The position numbers were made by a program, and so were the translations under genes. Shown in pieces: positions 53,732 to 62,602 of a stretch of 64,000 nucleotides of DNA. Every line of letters begins with the position of its first letter. The stretch's first letter is position 1. The notes below the pieces were generated by a model. The model was not told the DNA's origin and ran no database searches. It saw nothing but the letters and a program-made list of their open reading frames with translations. Source of the stretch: an uncultured Acidobacteriota bacterium (lineage in GTDB: Bacteria > Acidobacteriota > Thermoanaerobaculia > Gp7-AA8). The DNA lies in NCBI GenBank assembly GCA_963741955.1, contig CAVUKB010000005.1, positions 896,001 to 960,000 of the forward strand, given 5' to 3'.

Positions 53732-53949
53732 CAATGGCCCTGAACTTAAGCAAAATCCGCGTGTCAGCCAGGAGTCGGCGCGAGCTTGCTGAGCAGCGAA
53801 GGATCCCCTCTCCGAGGGGCGCCACGGCTCCCGCCGTGGCCGCGCAGATCGGCTTCAGAACGGAACGAGACACACCTGTGGCAGATGCGCAGTAGCTCCG
53901 CACATTGGCTCTGTGAACACCCACAGTGCCACTTAAGTTCGGGCCATTG
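53732..53949 (-). mobile_element. ~218-bp MITE, copy 2, inverted
   Basis: Inverted repeats CAATGGCCC(T)GAACTTAAG; flanks TCTCCAGCCG/TCTCTAGCCC. Confidence 0.8.
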
Positions 53950-53952
53950 TCT

Positions 53953-53973
53953 CTAGCCCGCATTTCTCACACC
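53953..53973 (+). repeat. Solo IS1380/MITE inverted-repeat end
   Basis: CTAGCCCGCATTTCTCACACC, identical to 43003-43023. Confidence 0.75.
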
Positions 53974-53997
53974 ATCTCGTCGCGGAGGAACGACCCG

Positions 53998-54489
53998 CTA
54001 TCCCCTCAGCTTGCGGATCAGCTGGATCTGCCCGGTGTGGTAGAGGTCATGCGATGACGCGCCGAGGATCAGCTCGACGTACGTGAATTTCCCTCCCTTC
54101 GCGGTGTCGGGAAAAAGTTGCGGGTCGAATCCTTCGACGAGCTCGAGCAGAAGCGAGTGCCACTTCTTCAGGAGCTCGACGTCGGCCTTCCATGCCGCCG
54201 GGGTGAAAGGGGCGTCGCGCGGGAAGAAGTTCGAGCCCGGAAGGTCGAACGTGCGAGGAGTCTCGTCCGACAGAATGCGGCAGACGCGGTACTTCCAGTA
54301 GGCCGCGTGCAACGCGAGCTCCGCGATGTTGTGGCGCGTCGGCTGCGGGCGCCACACCGCAACTTCGGCAGAGACCCGGCGCAGCGCGCCGAGGAGGTTC
54401 GTCCCGTGCCAGGAACCCCGATCGAAAGCCATGCGCAGCTGGTTCGCGAGAAGGGCGATCCGGGGGTCGGGCGTGTTCTTGTGCGGCAT
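53998..54489 (-). CDS. DinB family protein
   Basis: SWHG, HNIAELALH and HDLYHTGQI motifs; GGAGGAG RBS. Confidence 0.9.
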   Translation of the reverse strand: MPHKNTPDPRIALLANQLRMAFDRGSWHGTNLLGALRRVSAEVAVWRPQPTRHNIAELALHAAYWKYRVCRILSDETPRTFDLPGSNFFPRDAPFTPAAWKADVELLKKWHSLLLELVEGFDPQLFPDTAKGGKFTYVELILGASSHDLYHTGQIQLIRKLRG

Positions 54490-54551
54490 GAGCTCTCCTC
54501 CATCAGCCGTTCGTGCGGGCGTGGTCAGCGAAGCGAGCGCGCCCGGCGGCT

Positions 54552-55016
54552 TCAGACGTACGTCAGTTCCGTGGTGACGTCGATCGCCTTTTCGATCGAG
54601 CGATAGACGGGACACCCCTCCTTGTGAACCGAATGCACCCGCTCGATGGTTTCGCGCGAGGCATCCTCCCCCACTTTCAGCTCGTACACGACGTGAATGC
54701 GCTTGATGACGATCACTTTTCCCTCCAGCTCGATCTCACCCGTCGCATTCGACGCGATCTTTTCGAATCGGATCTCGCGCGCTGCCAGCGCGCCGGCAAA
54801 AGTGCCCGTCAGTCACCCGGCCGCGGCCGCGACGACGTAGTCGAGAGTCGTCGCATGGTCCTCGTACCTGCCCGGAGGAACTCCGTAATGCTCCGCCACC
54901 GCGCCGTGCAAGCCGAAGATCACCGGCTCGCTCTCGCCGGGAAGCCATGCACGGCGGATCGGCCCGCGTTCCCGCTCGATACGCACGTTCGACCGATAGA
55001 CGACGTCACCCGCCAT
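54552..55016 (-). CDS. OsmC-like peroxiredoxin with in-frame UGA at codon 68; probable selenoprotein, 154 aa
   Basis: GGAGG RBS and ATG 55016; LDYVVAAAAG-UGA-LTGTF, then the frame continues to HKEGCPVYRSI...TELTYV*. Confidence 0.85.
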
Positions 55017-55058
55017 GCAGCACCTCCTCCTCGATCCTATGACCATACCAGAAACGAG

Positions 55059-55560
55059 AGGACCGCCGGCATCCCTGCCGGCTGTGACGAGCATCCCGTG
55101 CTCGTCACCCTTCACCGCCTCGGTTCGCAACTCGGCTCGACGCGAGAACCTCGATCCTCCCGAGATCCTCGCCACGGCGGAAGCCGTGGCGCCCCTCCGC
55201 TTCACGTTGTGGAGCTGCTGGTCCACGTTGTGGAGCTGCTGAATGCCCAGGTTCCTCGCGGTCAGGCTCGGAAGCCGTGGCACCCCAGCCCAGGACCGCC
55301 GGCATCCCTGCCGGCTCGTGACGAGCATCCCGTGCTCGTCACCCTTCACCGCCCCGGTTCGCAACTCGGCTCGACGCGAGAACCTCGATCCTCCCGAGAT
55401 CCTCGCCACGGCGGAAGCCGTGGCGCCCCTCTGCTTCACGTTGTGGAGCTGCTGGTCCACGTTGTGGAGCTGCTGAATGCCCAGGTTCCTCGCGGTCAGG
55501 CGCAGAGGCCTGACCGCAGCTGGCTCGGAAGCCGTGGCGCTCCCGCCCAGGACCGCCGGC
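55059..55560. repeat. Tandem ~233-bp REP-like units, 2 full plus 1 partial
   Basis: AGGACCGCCGGC starts at 55059, 55292 and 55549; hairpins GCCGGCA-TCCC-TGCCGGC and GCCACGGC-GGAA-GCCGTGGC. Confidence 0.9.
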
Positions 55561-55632
55561 GATAGAAGGGCCGGCGAGTTTCCGCCCGCCGGCCCAAATT
55601 CGAAATCCCAAATCCGAAATCCGAAATCGTTC

Positions 55633-57774
55633 TCAGAATCCCTTCGGCAAAGTCATGCCGAGGTTCTTCGCGAGGAACGACCACGCGTCGGCGGTCTCTT
55701 CGATGATCTTCCTGGTCGGCTTCCCGGCGCCGTGGCCCGCACGGGTCTCGATCCGGATCAGCACCGGAGCGTCACCCGCCTGGTCTTCCTGCAGGCGCGC
55801 CGCGAACTTGAAGCTGTGGCCCGGCACGACGCGATCATCGTGGTCGGCCGTGGTCACGAGCGTCGCCGGATACCTCGTTCCCGGCTTCAGGTTGTGGTAC
55901 GGCGAGTAGGCGTAGAGCGCCTTGAACTCCTCCGGATTGTCGGACGAACCGTAGTCGTCGACCCAGAACCGCCCCGCGGTGAACTTCTGGAAGCGGAGCA
56001 TGTCCATCACGCCGACTGCCGGAAGTGCCGCTCCGAAGAGCTCCGGGCGCTGGGTCATGGTCGCGCCGACCAGGAGGCCTCCGTTGCTCCCTCCCTGAAT
56101 GGCGAGCTTCGCCGGGCGCGTGTAGTGATTGTCGATCAGCCATTGCGCGGCCGCGATGAAGTCGTCGAAGACGTTCTGCTTCTGCAGCTTCGTCCCTGCC
56201 TTGTGCCACGCCTGGCCGTACTCTCCTCCGCCCCGCAGGTTCGGGATCGCCAGTACACCGCCCATCTGCAGCCACACCAGACGGGTGATGGAGAACGACG
56301 GAGTGAGAGAGATGTCGAATCCGCCGTAGCCGTAGAGGAGCGTCGGATTGTTCCCGTCGAGCTTCAGCCCCTTCCGGTGCGCGAGGAACATCGGGACCTT
56401 CGTCCCGTCCTTGGAGTGATAGAAGACCTGCTCGACGACGTATTGATTCGGATCGAAGTCGACCCTGGTCTTGTAGAAGACGCTCTTCTCTCCCGTCGCG
56501 ACGTCGTAGCGGTAAATGGTCGGAGGGGTGGTGAAGCTCTGGAAGGAATAGAAGGTCTCAGGATCGGAGCGTTTTCCACCGAACCCGTTCACGCTTCCGA
56601 TCCCGCCGAGGTCGACGTCACGGACGGACTTCCCGGACGTGGTGAAGATCCGGACGCGTGATTTCGCATCCTGGAGATATTCGGCAGTGAGAAGACCTCC
56701 GACGTAGCTCACGCCTTCGAGGGTCGCCTCCTGCTGCGGGATGATCTCCTTCCAGTTCGCCGGTTCGGGGTTGCGCACGTCCATCGAAATCACCCTGCCG
56801 CGCGGTGCGTCGAGATCCGTCTTGAAGTAAAAGACCGGACCGTCGTTGCCGATGAAGCTGTACTCGTTGTCGAACGCACCGACGAGCGTGACCGCTCCGG
56901 CGTTCGCTTCGCGGAGATCCTTGTAGTACACCTGATAGCGGGCGTCTGTTCCCTTGCTGACGGTGATGATCAGATAGCGTCCGTCTTCCGTGACGGTCGG
57001 CTCGAACCCCCACTCCGGCTGGTCGGGGCGCTCGTACACCACGTAGTCCTCCGACTGCGGAGTCCCGACGCGGTGGTAGTAGATCTTCATGTTCTTGTTC
57101 AGGCTCTGGAACTCGGCCTGCTGCGACGGCGCGGGATAGCGTCCGTAGAAAAAGCCGCGGCTGTCGCCGGACCAGTCCGCGCCGGAGAATTTGGACCAGT
57201 GCAACTCATCCGGCAGCACCTTCCCGCCGTCGATCTCCATCACGTGCCACGTCCGCCAGTCGGAGCCGGCGTCGGCTACGGCGTACGCGACGTAGCGCCC
57301 GTCGTTGCTGAACGCCATTCCGCCCAGGGCGACCGTGCCGTCCTTCGACCACGTATTCGGATCGATCAGCACCCGCGGCTCTTCGGCCAGCGAGTTCTGG
57401 ACGTAGACGACGGACTGGTTCTGCAGGCCATCGTTCTTCGTGAAGTAGTAACGGCCCCCCGCTTTGAACGGAGTGCTCCGCTTCTCGTAGTTCCACAGCT
57501 TCGTGAGGCGCTCGGTGATCGCGTCGCGTCCCGGAAGCTTCTCCAGGTACGCGAAAGTCACCTTGTTCTCGGCGTCGACCCAGTCGCGGACTTCCGGCGA
57601 GGTGCGGACGTCCTGCTCGAGCCAGCGGTAGGGGTCGGGGACGATCGTTCCGTGGTAATCGTCGGTGTGGTCGATCTTCTTGGTCTTCGGATACTGGAGC
57701 TGCTGTCCCAGCATCGGTGAGGCGGAGAGAAGGAGCGTGAGAACACCGGCAAGAAGCCGGATCGCGAGAGACAT
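55633..57774 (-). CDS. Prolyl oligopeptidase (S9A), exported
   Basis: DPYRWLE, GGSNGGLL, DHDDRV and AGHGAG motifs; signal peptide. Confidence 0.96.
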   Translation of the reverse strand: MSLAIRLLAGVLTLLLSASPMLGQQLQYPKTKKIDHTDDYHGTIVPDPYRWLEQDVRTSPEVRDWVDAENKVTFAYLEKLPGRDAITERLTKLWNYEKRSTPFKAGGRYYFTKNDGLQNQSVVYVQNSLAEEPRVLIDPNTWSKDGTVALGGMAFSNDGRYVAYAVADAGSDWRTWHVMEIDGGKVLPDELHWSKFSGADWSGDSRGFFYGRYPAPSQQAEFQSLNKNMKIYYHRVGTPQSEDYVVYERPDQPEWGFEPTVTEDGRYLIITVSKGTDARYQVYYKDLREANAGAVTLVGAFDNEYSFIGNDGPVFYFKTDLDAPRGRVISMDVRNPEPANWKEIIPQQEATLEGVSYVGGLLTAEYLQDAKSRVRIFTTSGKSVRDVDLGGIGSVNGFGGKRSDPETFYSFQSFTTPPTIYRYDVATGEKSVFYKTRVDFDPNQYVVEQVFYHSKDGTKVPMFLAHRKGLKLDGNNPTLLYGYGGFDISLTPSFSITRLVWLQMGGVLAIPNLRGGGEYGQAWHKAGTKLQKQNVFDDFIAAAQWLIDNHYTRPAKLAIQGGSNGGLLVGATMTQRPELFGAALPAVGVMDMLRFQKFTAGRFWVDDYGSSDNPEEFKALYAYSPYHNLKPGTRYPATLVTTADHDDRVVPGHSFKFAARLQEDQAGDAPVLIRIETRAGHGAGKPTRKIIEETADAWSFLAKNLGMTLPKGF

Positions 57775-58079
57775 TCAAAACCTCCGTTCAGTGGAGATGG
57801 ACGGCGACGGACGGGCCGGCGCGGAATGACGGATTGTACCGGATGCAAAGAGGGGGAATCGTCGATCGAGGATGGTGGATCGAGGATCCGGGGAAGACGA
57901 GGAAAAAGTTTGCAGAACGTCTACAACTCTTCGATGTTTCGCGCCGGCCGCCTCTCGATCTCGATCTTCGGCCACACCGGCGCCGTGGACCCCTCGATAT
58001 CGAGACAGTCGTGGCGGCTCTGCAACGTGCTGTTCGCGGTCTCGTCGGATGGCCCTATGATTCGCTGAGGGAGGTCCGG

Positions 58080-59624
58080 ATGAAACGAAGCTCGACGCGC
58101 ATTGCTTTCTCGATCCTCACCCTTCTCCTCTTCACCGCCGCTGCGAACGCGGCCGTGGTCGGGGACGTCCGCGAGTGGCGCCGGGCGCACGCGAAGCCGA
58201 TCATCGAGGATCTCGTCTCTCTCGTCTCGATCCCTAACGTCGCCCGCGATGCGGCCGACATCGAGAAGAACGCGGCGAAGATCGAGTCGATGTTTCGCGC
58301 TCGCGGAGTGACGACCCGGCTCCTTCGCGTCGAGGGAGCTCCGCCGGTCGTCTTCGGCCGTCTCGACACGCCGGGTGCGACACGAACCGTCGTCTTCTAC
58401 GCACATTACGACGGACAGCCCGCCGTCGCGACGCAGGGGTGGAAGAGCGCCCCCTGGACGCCCGTCCTCCGCGACGGCCTCCTCGACCAGGGTGCCCGCG
58501 ACCTTCCGTGGAGTGCTCTCGACGGAAAGATCGATCCCGAATGGCGCATCTATGCCCGCTCGGTGAGCGACGACAAGGCACCGATCATCGCCATCCTCGC
58601 CGCGCTCGACGCATTGAAAGCGACCGGGCATCCCCCGACCGTCAATCTTCGCTTCCTCTTCGAAGGCGAAGAGGAAGCAGGCTCGCCGCACCTCGCCGAG
58701 ATCCTCACGCAGAACCGCGATCTTCTCCACGCCGACGCATGGCTCTTCTGCGATGGTCCCGTCCACCAGAGCCGGCGCCTTCAGGTCGTCTTCGGAGCCC
58801 GCGGAGTGACCGGCCTCGAGCTGACCGTCTACGGTCCAACCCGCGCTCTCCACTCCGGCCACTACGGCAACTGGGCACCGAACCCGGCATCGATGCTCTC
58901 GAACCTCCTCGCATCGATGCGCGACGACGACGGTCGAGTCCTGATCGACGGCTTCTACGACCGCGTACGTCCACTCAGCACGACCGAGAAAGCGGCGGTC
59001 GCCGCGATTCCCGACGTCGACGAAGAGCTGCGCCACGATCTCGGCCTCGCGCGCAGCGAGGCCAATGACGCCCGGCTCGTCGAGCGAATCATGATTCCCG
59101 CCATGAACATACGCGGTCTCGAATCGGCCTCGGTCGGCGAGAACGCGCGCAATGCAATCCCCACCGAAGCGCGCGCTTCGATCGACTTCCGGCTGGTGCC
59201 GGACGTCACCCCTGCTGTGGTCCACGGTCTCGTCGAGGCGCATCTTCGCAAGAAGGGGTACTTCATCGTGCATGACGCGCCGGACCAGGCGACTCGCCTC
59301 GCACATCCGAAGATCGTCCGTCTCGATTGGGACGAGGGCTATCCCGGATTCCGCACGCCGATGGACCTTACCGTCTCGAAAGCGGTGATCACCGCGATTC
59401 AGGAGACGTCCGGCGACGAGATCGTAAAGCTCCCGATCCTCGGTGGCAGCCTCCCGCTGGAGATGTTCGACCGGATCTTCGGCGTACCGCTCATCGTCAC
59501 CCCGATGGTGAACCACGACAACAACCAGCATGCCGCGAACGAGAATCTCCGCATCGCGAACCTATGGGAAGGGATCGACATGATGGCGAATCTGATGGCA
59601 CGGCTGGGGCGACTGTGGAGATGA
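58080..59624 (+). CDS. M20/M25/M40 family metallopeptidase, exported
   Basis: YAHYDGQP, SDDK, EGEEEAGSP and HAANEN motifs; GGGAGG RBS. Confidence 0.93.
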   Translation: MKRSSTRIAFSILTLLLFTAAANAAVVGDVREWRRAHAKPIIEDLVSLVSIPNVARDAADIEKNAAKIESMFRARGVTTRLLRVEGAPPVVFGRLDTPGATRTVVFYAHYDGQPAVATQGWKSAPWTPVLRDGLLDQGARDLPWSALDGKIDPEWRIYARSVSDDKAPIIAILAALDALKATGHPPTVNLRFLFEGEEEAGSPHLAEILTQNRDLLHADAWLFCDGPVHQSRRLQVVFGARGVTGLELTVYGPTRALHSGHYGNWAPNPASMLSNLLASMRDDDGRVLIDGFYDRVRPLSTTEKAAVAAIPDVDEELRHDLGLARSEANDARLVERIMIPAMNIRGLESASVGENARNAIPTEARASIDFRLVPDVTPAVVHGLVEAHLRKKGYFIVHDAPDQATRLAHPKIVRLDWDEGYPGFRTPMDLTVSKAVITAIQETSGDEIVKLPILGGSLPLEMFDRIFGVPLIVTPMVNHDNNQHAANENLRIANLWEGIDMMANLMARLGRLWR

Positions 59625-59800
59625 CTGCAACCTGTCGGGACTGGAGCCGATTCGGGAAATCGATGCGGTGTAGGAGCGCCGGATCGCGAGCTCCGTACTC
59701 GTCGCACTTCACCCATCCCGTATCTGAAGCCGCAGGAGAGGCAATCTCAGGCCCCGGGCAAGCCCAAGACGACATCGCCTGATTCGAGGAGCATTCCTGA

Positions 59801-61801
59801 ATGAACGGCATCCCGATCCTTGCGGATCTGATCATCCTCTTCGCCGCGGCCGTGCTGATCATCGTGGTCAGCCAGAGGCTGCGGCTTCATCCCGTCCTGG
59901 GGCTTCTCCTCGCGGGGATCGCGATCGGGCCGTCCGGACTCGCGCTGATTTCCGAGCCGGGCGACGTGAGGACGCTGGCCGGGATCGGAGTCGTGGCGCT
60001 CCTCTTCACCATCGGCCTCGAGTTCTCGGGAGCGCGCCTGCGCCGCATCTGGCGACCGTTTCTCATCGGCGGTTCGTCGCAGGCCCTCGGCACGATCGCG
60101 ATCGTCCTGGCTGTTTCGGTCGCCGTCGGATTCGAAGCGGAGCGCTCACTTTTTTTCGGCTTTCTGATCGCACTCAGCAGCACCGCCATCGTCCTCGGCA
60201 TTTACGGCGATCGGAACGAGATCGACGCACCGCACGGTCGGTTCGTTCTCGGGATTCTCCTTTTCCAGGACTTTCTGGTCGTGCCGATGATCATGCTCAT
60301 ACCGCTGCTCGGCGGATCGGAACATCCCGGAATCACCCCGCTCCTGCTCCGGTTCGGTTTCGGACTCCTGGTGCTCGCCGTCGTTTTCGGGGCAGGGCGA
60401 TACCTCCTGCCGCCTCTCCTGCACATCCTCGTCCGGACTCGCGTCCGCGAGGTGCTCGTGCTCGGCGTGCTGGTCGCAGCACTCGGAATGGCACTGCTGA
60501 CCGAATCGCTCCACTTCTCGCTCGCCCTGGGCGCCTTCCTCGCCGGAATCCTGATCTCCGAATCGGAGTACAGCCATCAGGTCATCGCCGAGGTCGCGCC
60601 GTTCCGCGACGTCTTCGCGAGCGTCTTCTTCGTCTCGATCGGAATGCTGCTGAATCTGCGGTTCTTCGCCGGTCACGCCGGAACGGTGGTGCTCCTTGCG
60701 GTCGGGATCATCGGCCTGAAGCTGCTGCTGGTCTCGGGAATCGTTCGCCTGATGCGCTATCCGATCCGCACCGCGGTTTCCGCGGGTGCCGCGCTGGCCC
60801 AGATCGGCGAATTCTCTTTCGTTCTCGCGACGGTCGGTCTGCAGACGAAGCTCATCGACGGCGATCTCTATCAACTCTTCCTCGCCACTGCCATTCTCAC
60901 CATGATGGTCACCCCGCTGTCGATCGCGTCGGCTCCGTCGCTCGTTTCGCTGCTCGAGCGCCTCGGAGGATCGCAGCGGCCGCGGGAGAAAGAAATGGAA
61001 GAGGAGGAGACCGCCCGGCACGTGATCATCATCGGCTTCGGGGTGACCGGATCGAATCTCGCGCACGTCCTGCGCGAAGTGAAGATCCCCTACCGCGTGG
61101 TGGAGCTGGATGGCGACATCGTCCGCGCGTGCCGCAAGTCGGGTGAACCGATCTTCTTCGGCGATGCCACCCGGCGGGAGATCCTCGAGCTGGCGGGGAT
61201 CGAACGAGCAGCCGTCGTGGTGGTCGGAATCTCGGATGCGATGGCGACCGAGCGGATCGTCCGCTTCGCGCGCGATCTGAATCCGTCGATCCACATCGTC
61301 GTGCGGACCCCGCGACTCGCGGACATCGAGAGGATCGACCGGCTCGGAGCCGACGACGTTCTCGCGGAAGAATTCGAGACGTCGATCGAGATCTTCACCC
61401 GAGTCCTCGAGCGTTTCCACATTCCGCGCAACATCATCCAGGCGCAGCGTCAGGTGCTCCGCGCCGACGCTTACGAGATCTTCCGCCGTTCCGAGCCGCA
61501 GAGTGGAATCTCACGCACGGTCGCAGAGATCCTCGGCTCCGGCCTCACCGACATCTTCCGGGTCGAACACGAAAGCCACGCCGCTGAGCGAACGCTCGAG
61601 GAGCTCAATCTTCGACGGGCGACCGGAGCTTCGATCATCGCAGTCGTTCGCGACCAGCAAGCCTGGCCGGGACCCCCGGCCAATCTGAGCCTGAAACCGA
61701 ACGACTTCGTGGTCGTGGTCGGCGGCCACGCCGAGATCGATGCAGCGTTCCGATTCCTCGCGAGCGGCCCGGAGCTTGATGATGATCGAAGCTCGGGCTG
61801 A
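59801..61801 (+). CDS. CPA2 cation:proton antiporter with TrkA-N and TrkA-C domains
   Basis: LLFTIGLEFS, LSSTAIV, QD and QIGEFSFV motifs; C-terminal IIGFG RCK domain. Confidence 0.93.
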   Translation: MNGIPILADLIILFAAAVLIIVVSQRLRLHPVLGLLLAGIAIGPSGLALISEPGDVRTLAGIGVVALLFTIGLEFSGARLRRIWRPFLIGGSSQALGTIAIVLAVSVAVGFEAERSLFFGFLIALSSTAIVLGIYGDRNEIDAPHGRFVLGILLFQDFLVVPMIMLIPLLGGSEHPGITPLLLRFGFGLLVLAVVFGAGRYLLPPLLHILVRTRVREVLVLGVLVAALGMALLTESLHFSLALGAFLAGILISESEYSHQVIAEVAPFRDVFASVFFVSIGMLLNLRFFAGHAGTVVLLAVGIIGLKLLLVSGIVRLMRYPIRTAVSAGAALAQIGEFSFVLATVGLQTKLIDGDLYQLFLATAILTMMVTPLSIASAPSLVSLLERLGGSQRPREKEMEEEETARHVIIIGFGVTGSNLAHVLREVKIPYRVVELDGDIVRACRKSGEPIFFGDATRREILELAGIERAAVVVVGISDAMATERIVRFARDLNPSIHIVVRTPRLADIERIDRLGADDVLAEEFETSIEIFTRVLERFHIPRNIIQAQRQVLRADAYEIFRRSEPQSGISRTVAEILGSGLTDIFRVEHESHAAERTLEELNLRRATGASIIAVVRDQQAWPGPPANLSLKPNDFVVVVGGHAEIDAAFRFLASGPELDDDRSSG

Positions 61802-61950
61802 GGTCTACCCGACCGTGGATGACCTTCTGCATACGTGGAGTGAGCGGCGTGATCCTTTTCGACGCGAACGAGACATGCCTCGATCTCTTTCTCCTCTCGA
61901 CCGCCATTTCGAGCGCCTCTTCCCGGTCGATGCCGGGTTAAGATACGTAT

Positions 61951-62250
61951 ATGGGCGCAATGACCATCGATTCCGGCGCGCTTCGGGCGTTCTGCGAAAG
62001 ACACCACATCACGCGGCTGTCTCTTTTCGGATCGGCACTCCGCGGCGAGCTTTCAGAATCGAGCGACATCGATGTACTGGTCGAGTTTGACCCTGCTCAC
62101 ATTCCCGGCTTTTTCGGCATCATCGAGATGGAAGAGGAGCTGACCGGGATGTTCCATCGAAAAGTCGACCTGAGAACTGCGCGGGATCTGTCCCGACACT
62201 TCCGCGCGGAAGTGATCCGGGAGGCGAAGCCCCTTTATGAGGCCATCTGA
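61951..62250 (+). CDS. MNT (minimal nucleotidyltransferase) antitoxin
   Basis: LFGSALRG...SDIDVLVEF motif. Confidence 0.92.
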   Translation: MGAMTIDSGALRAFCERHHITRLSLFGSALRGELSESSDIDVLVEFDPAHIPGFFGIIEMEEELTGMFHRKVDLRTARDLSRHFRAEVIREAKPLYEAI

Positions 62251-62581
62251 TTCGGAGCGTCTGAAACACCTCCTGGACGCACTTACGGAAGCTCGTGACC
62301 TCCTCGGCGACTCCACAGCGTCCGAAGTTGAGGAGGATCGAAAGCTCGGCCTCGCGCTCGTCAAGCTCATCGAGATCGCTGGCGAAGCCGCGAGCCGAGT
62401 ATCCGACGAGCAGAAACGACGGATGGCGTCGATTCCGTGGGAGAAACTGGTCGCGACGCGTAATCGGCTGATCCATGGATATTTCGACGTCGATGTCCGG
62501 ATCGTGGTCCAGACCATCCTGGAGGATTTCCCTCCGCTGATTCGCGCACTCGAGAAAGTGACGAGATCCAACGGCCTGTGA
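62237..62581 (+). CDS. HEPN (DUF86/HepT-like) RNase toxin
   Basis: RNRLIHGY (RX4HXY) motif; overlaps the MNT gene. Confidence 0.92.
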   Translation: MRPSDSERLKHLLDALTEARDLLGDSTASEVEEDRKLGLALVKLIEIAGEAASRVSDEQKRRMASIPWEKLVATRNRLIHGYFDVDVRIVVQTILEDFPPLIRALEKVTRSNGL

Positions 62582-62602
62582 AGTGCCGACAGGCTCCAGG
62601 CG

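Noticed and set aside
54813-55460. 215-aa ORF as listed in the track
   Set aside because: Its N-terminal part translates the repeat array; the RBS-supported start is 55016 and the stop is probably recoded
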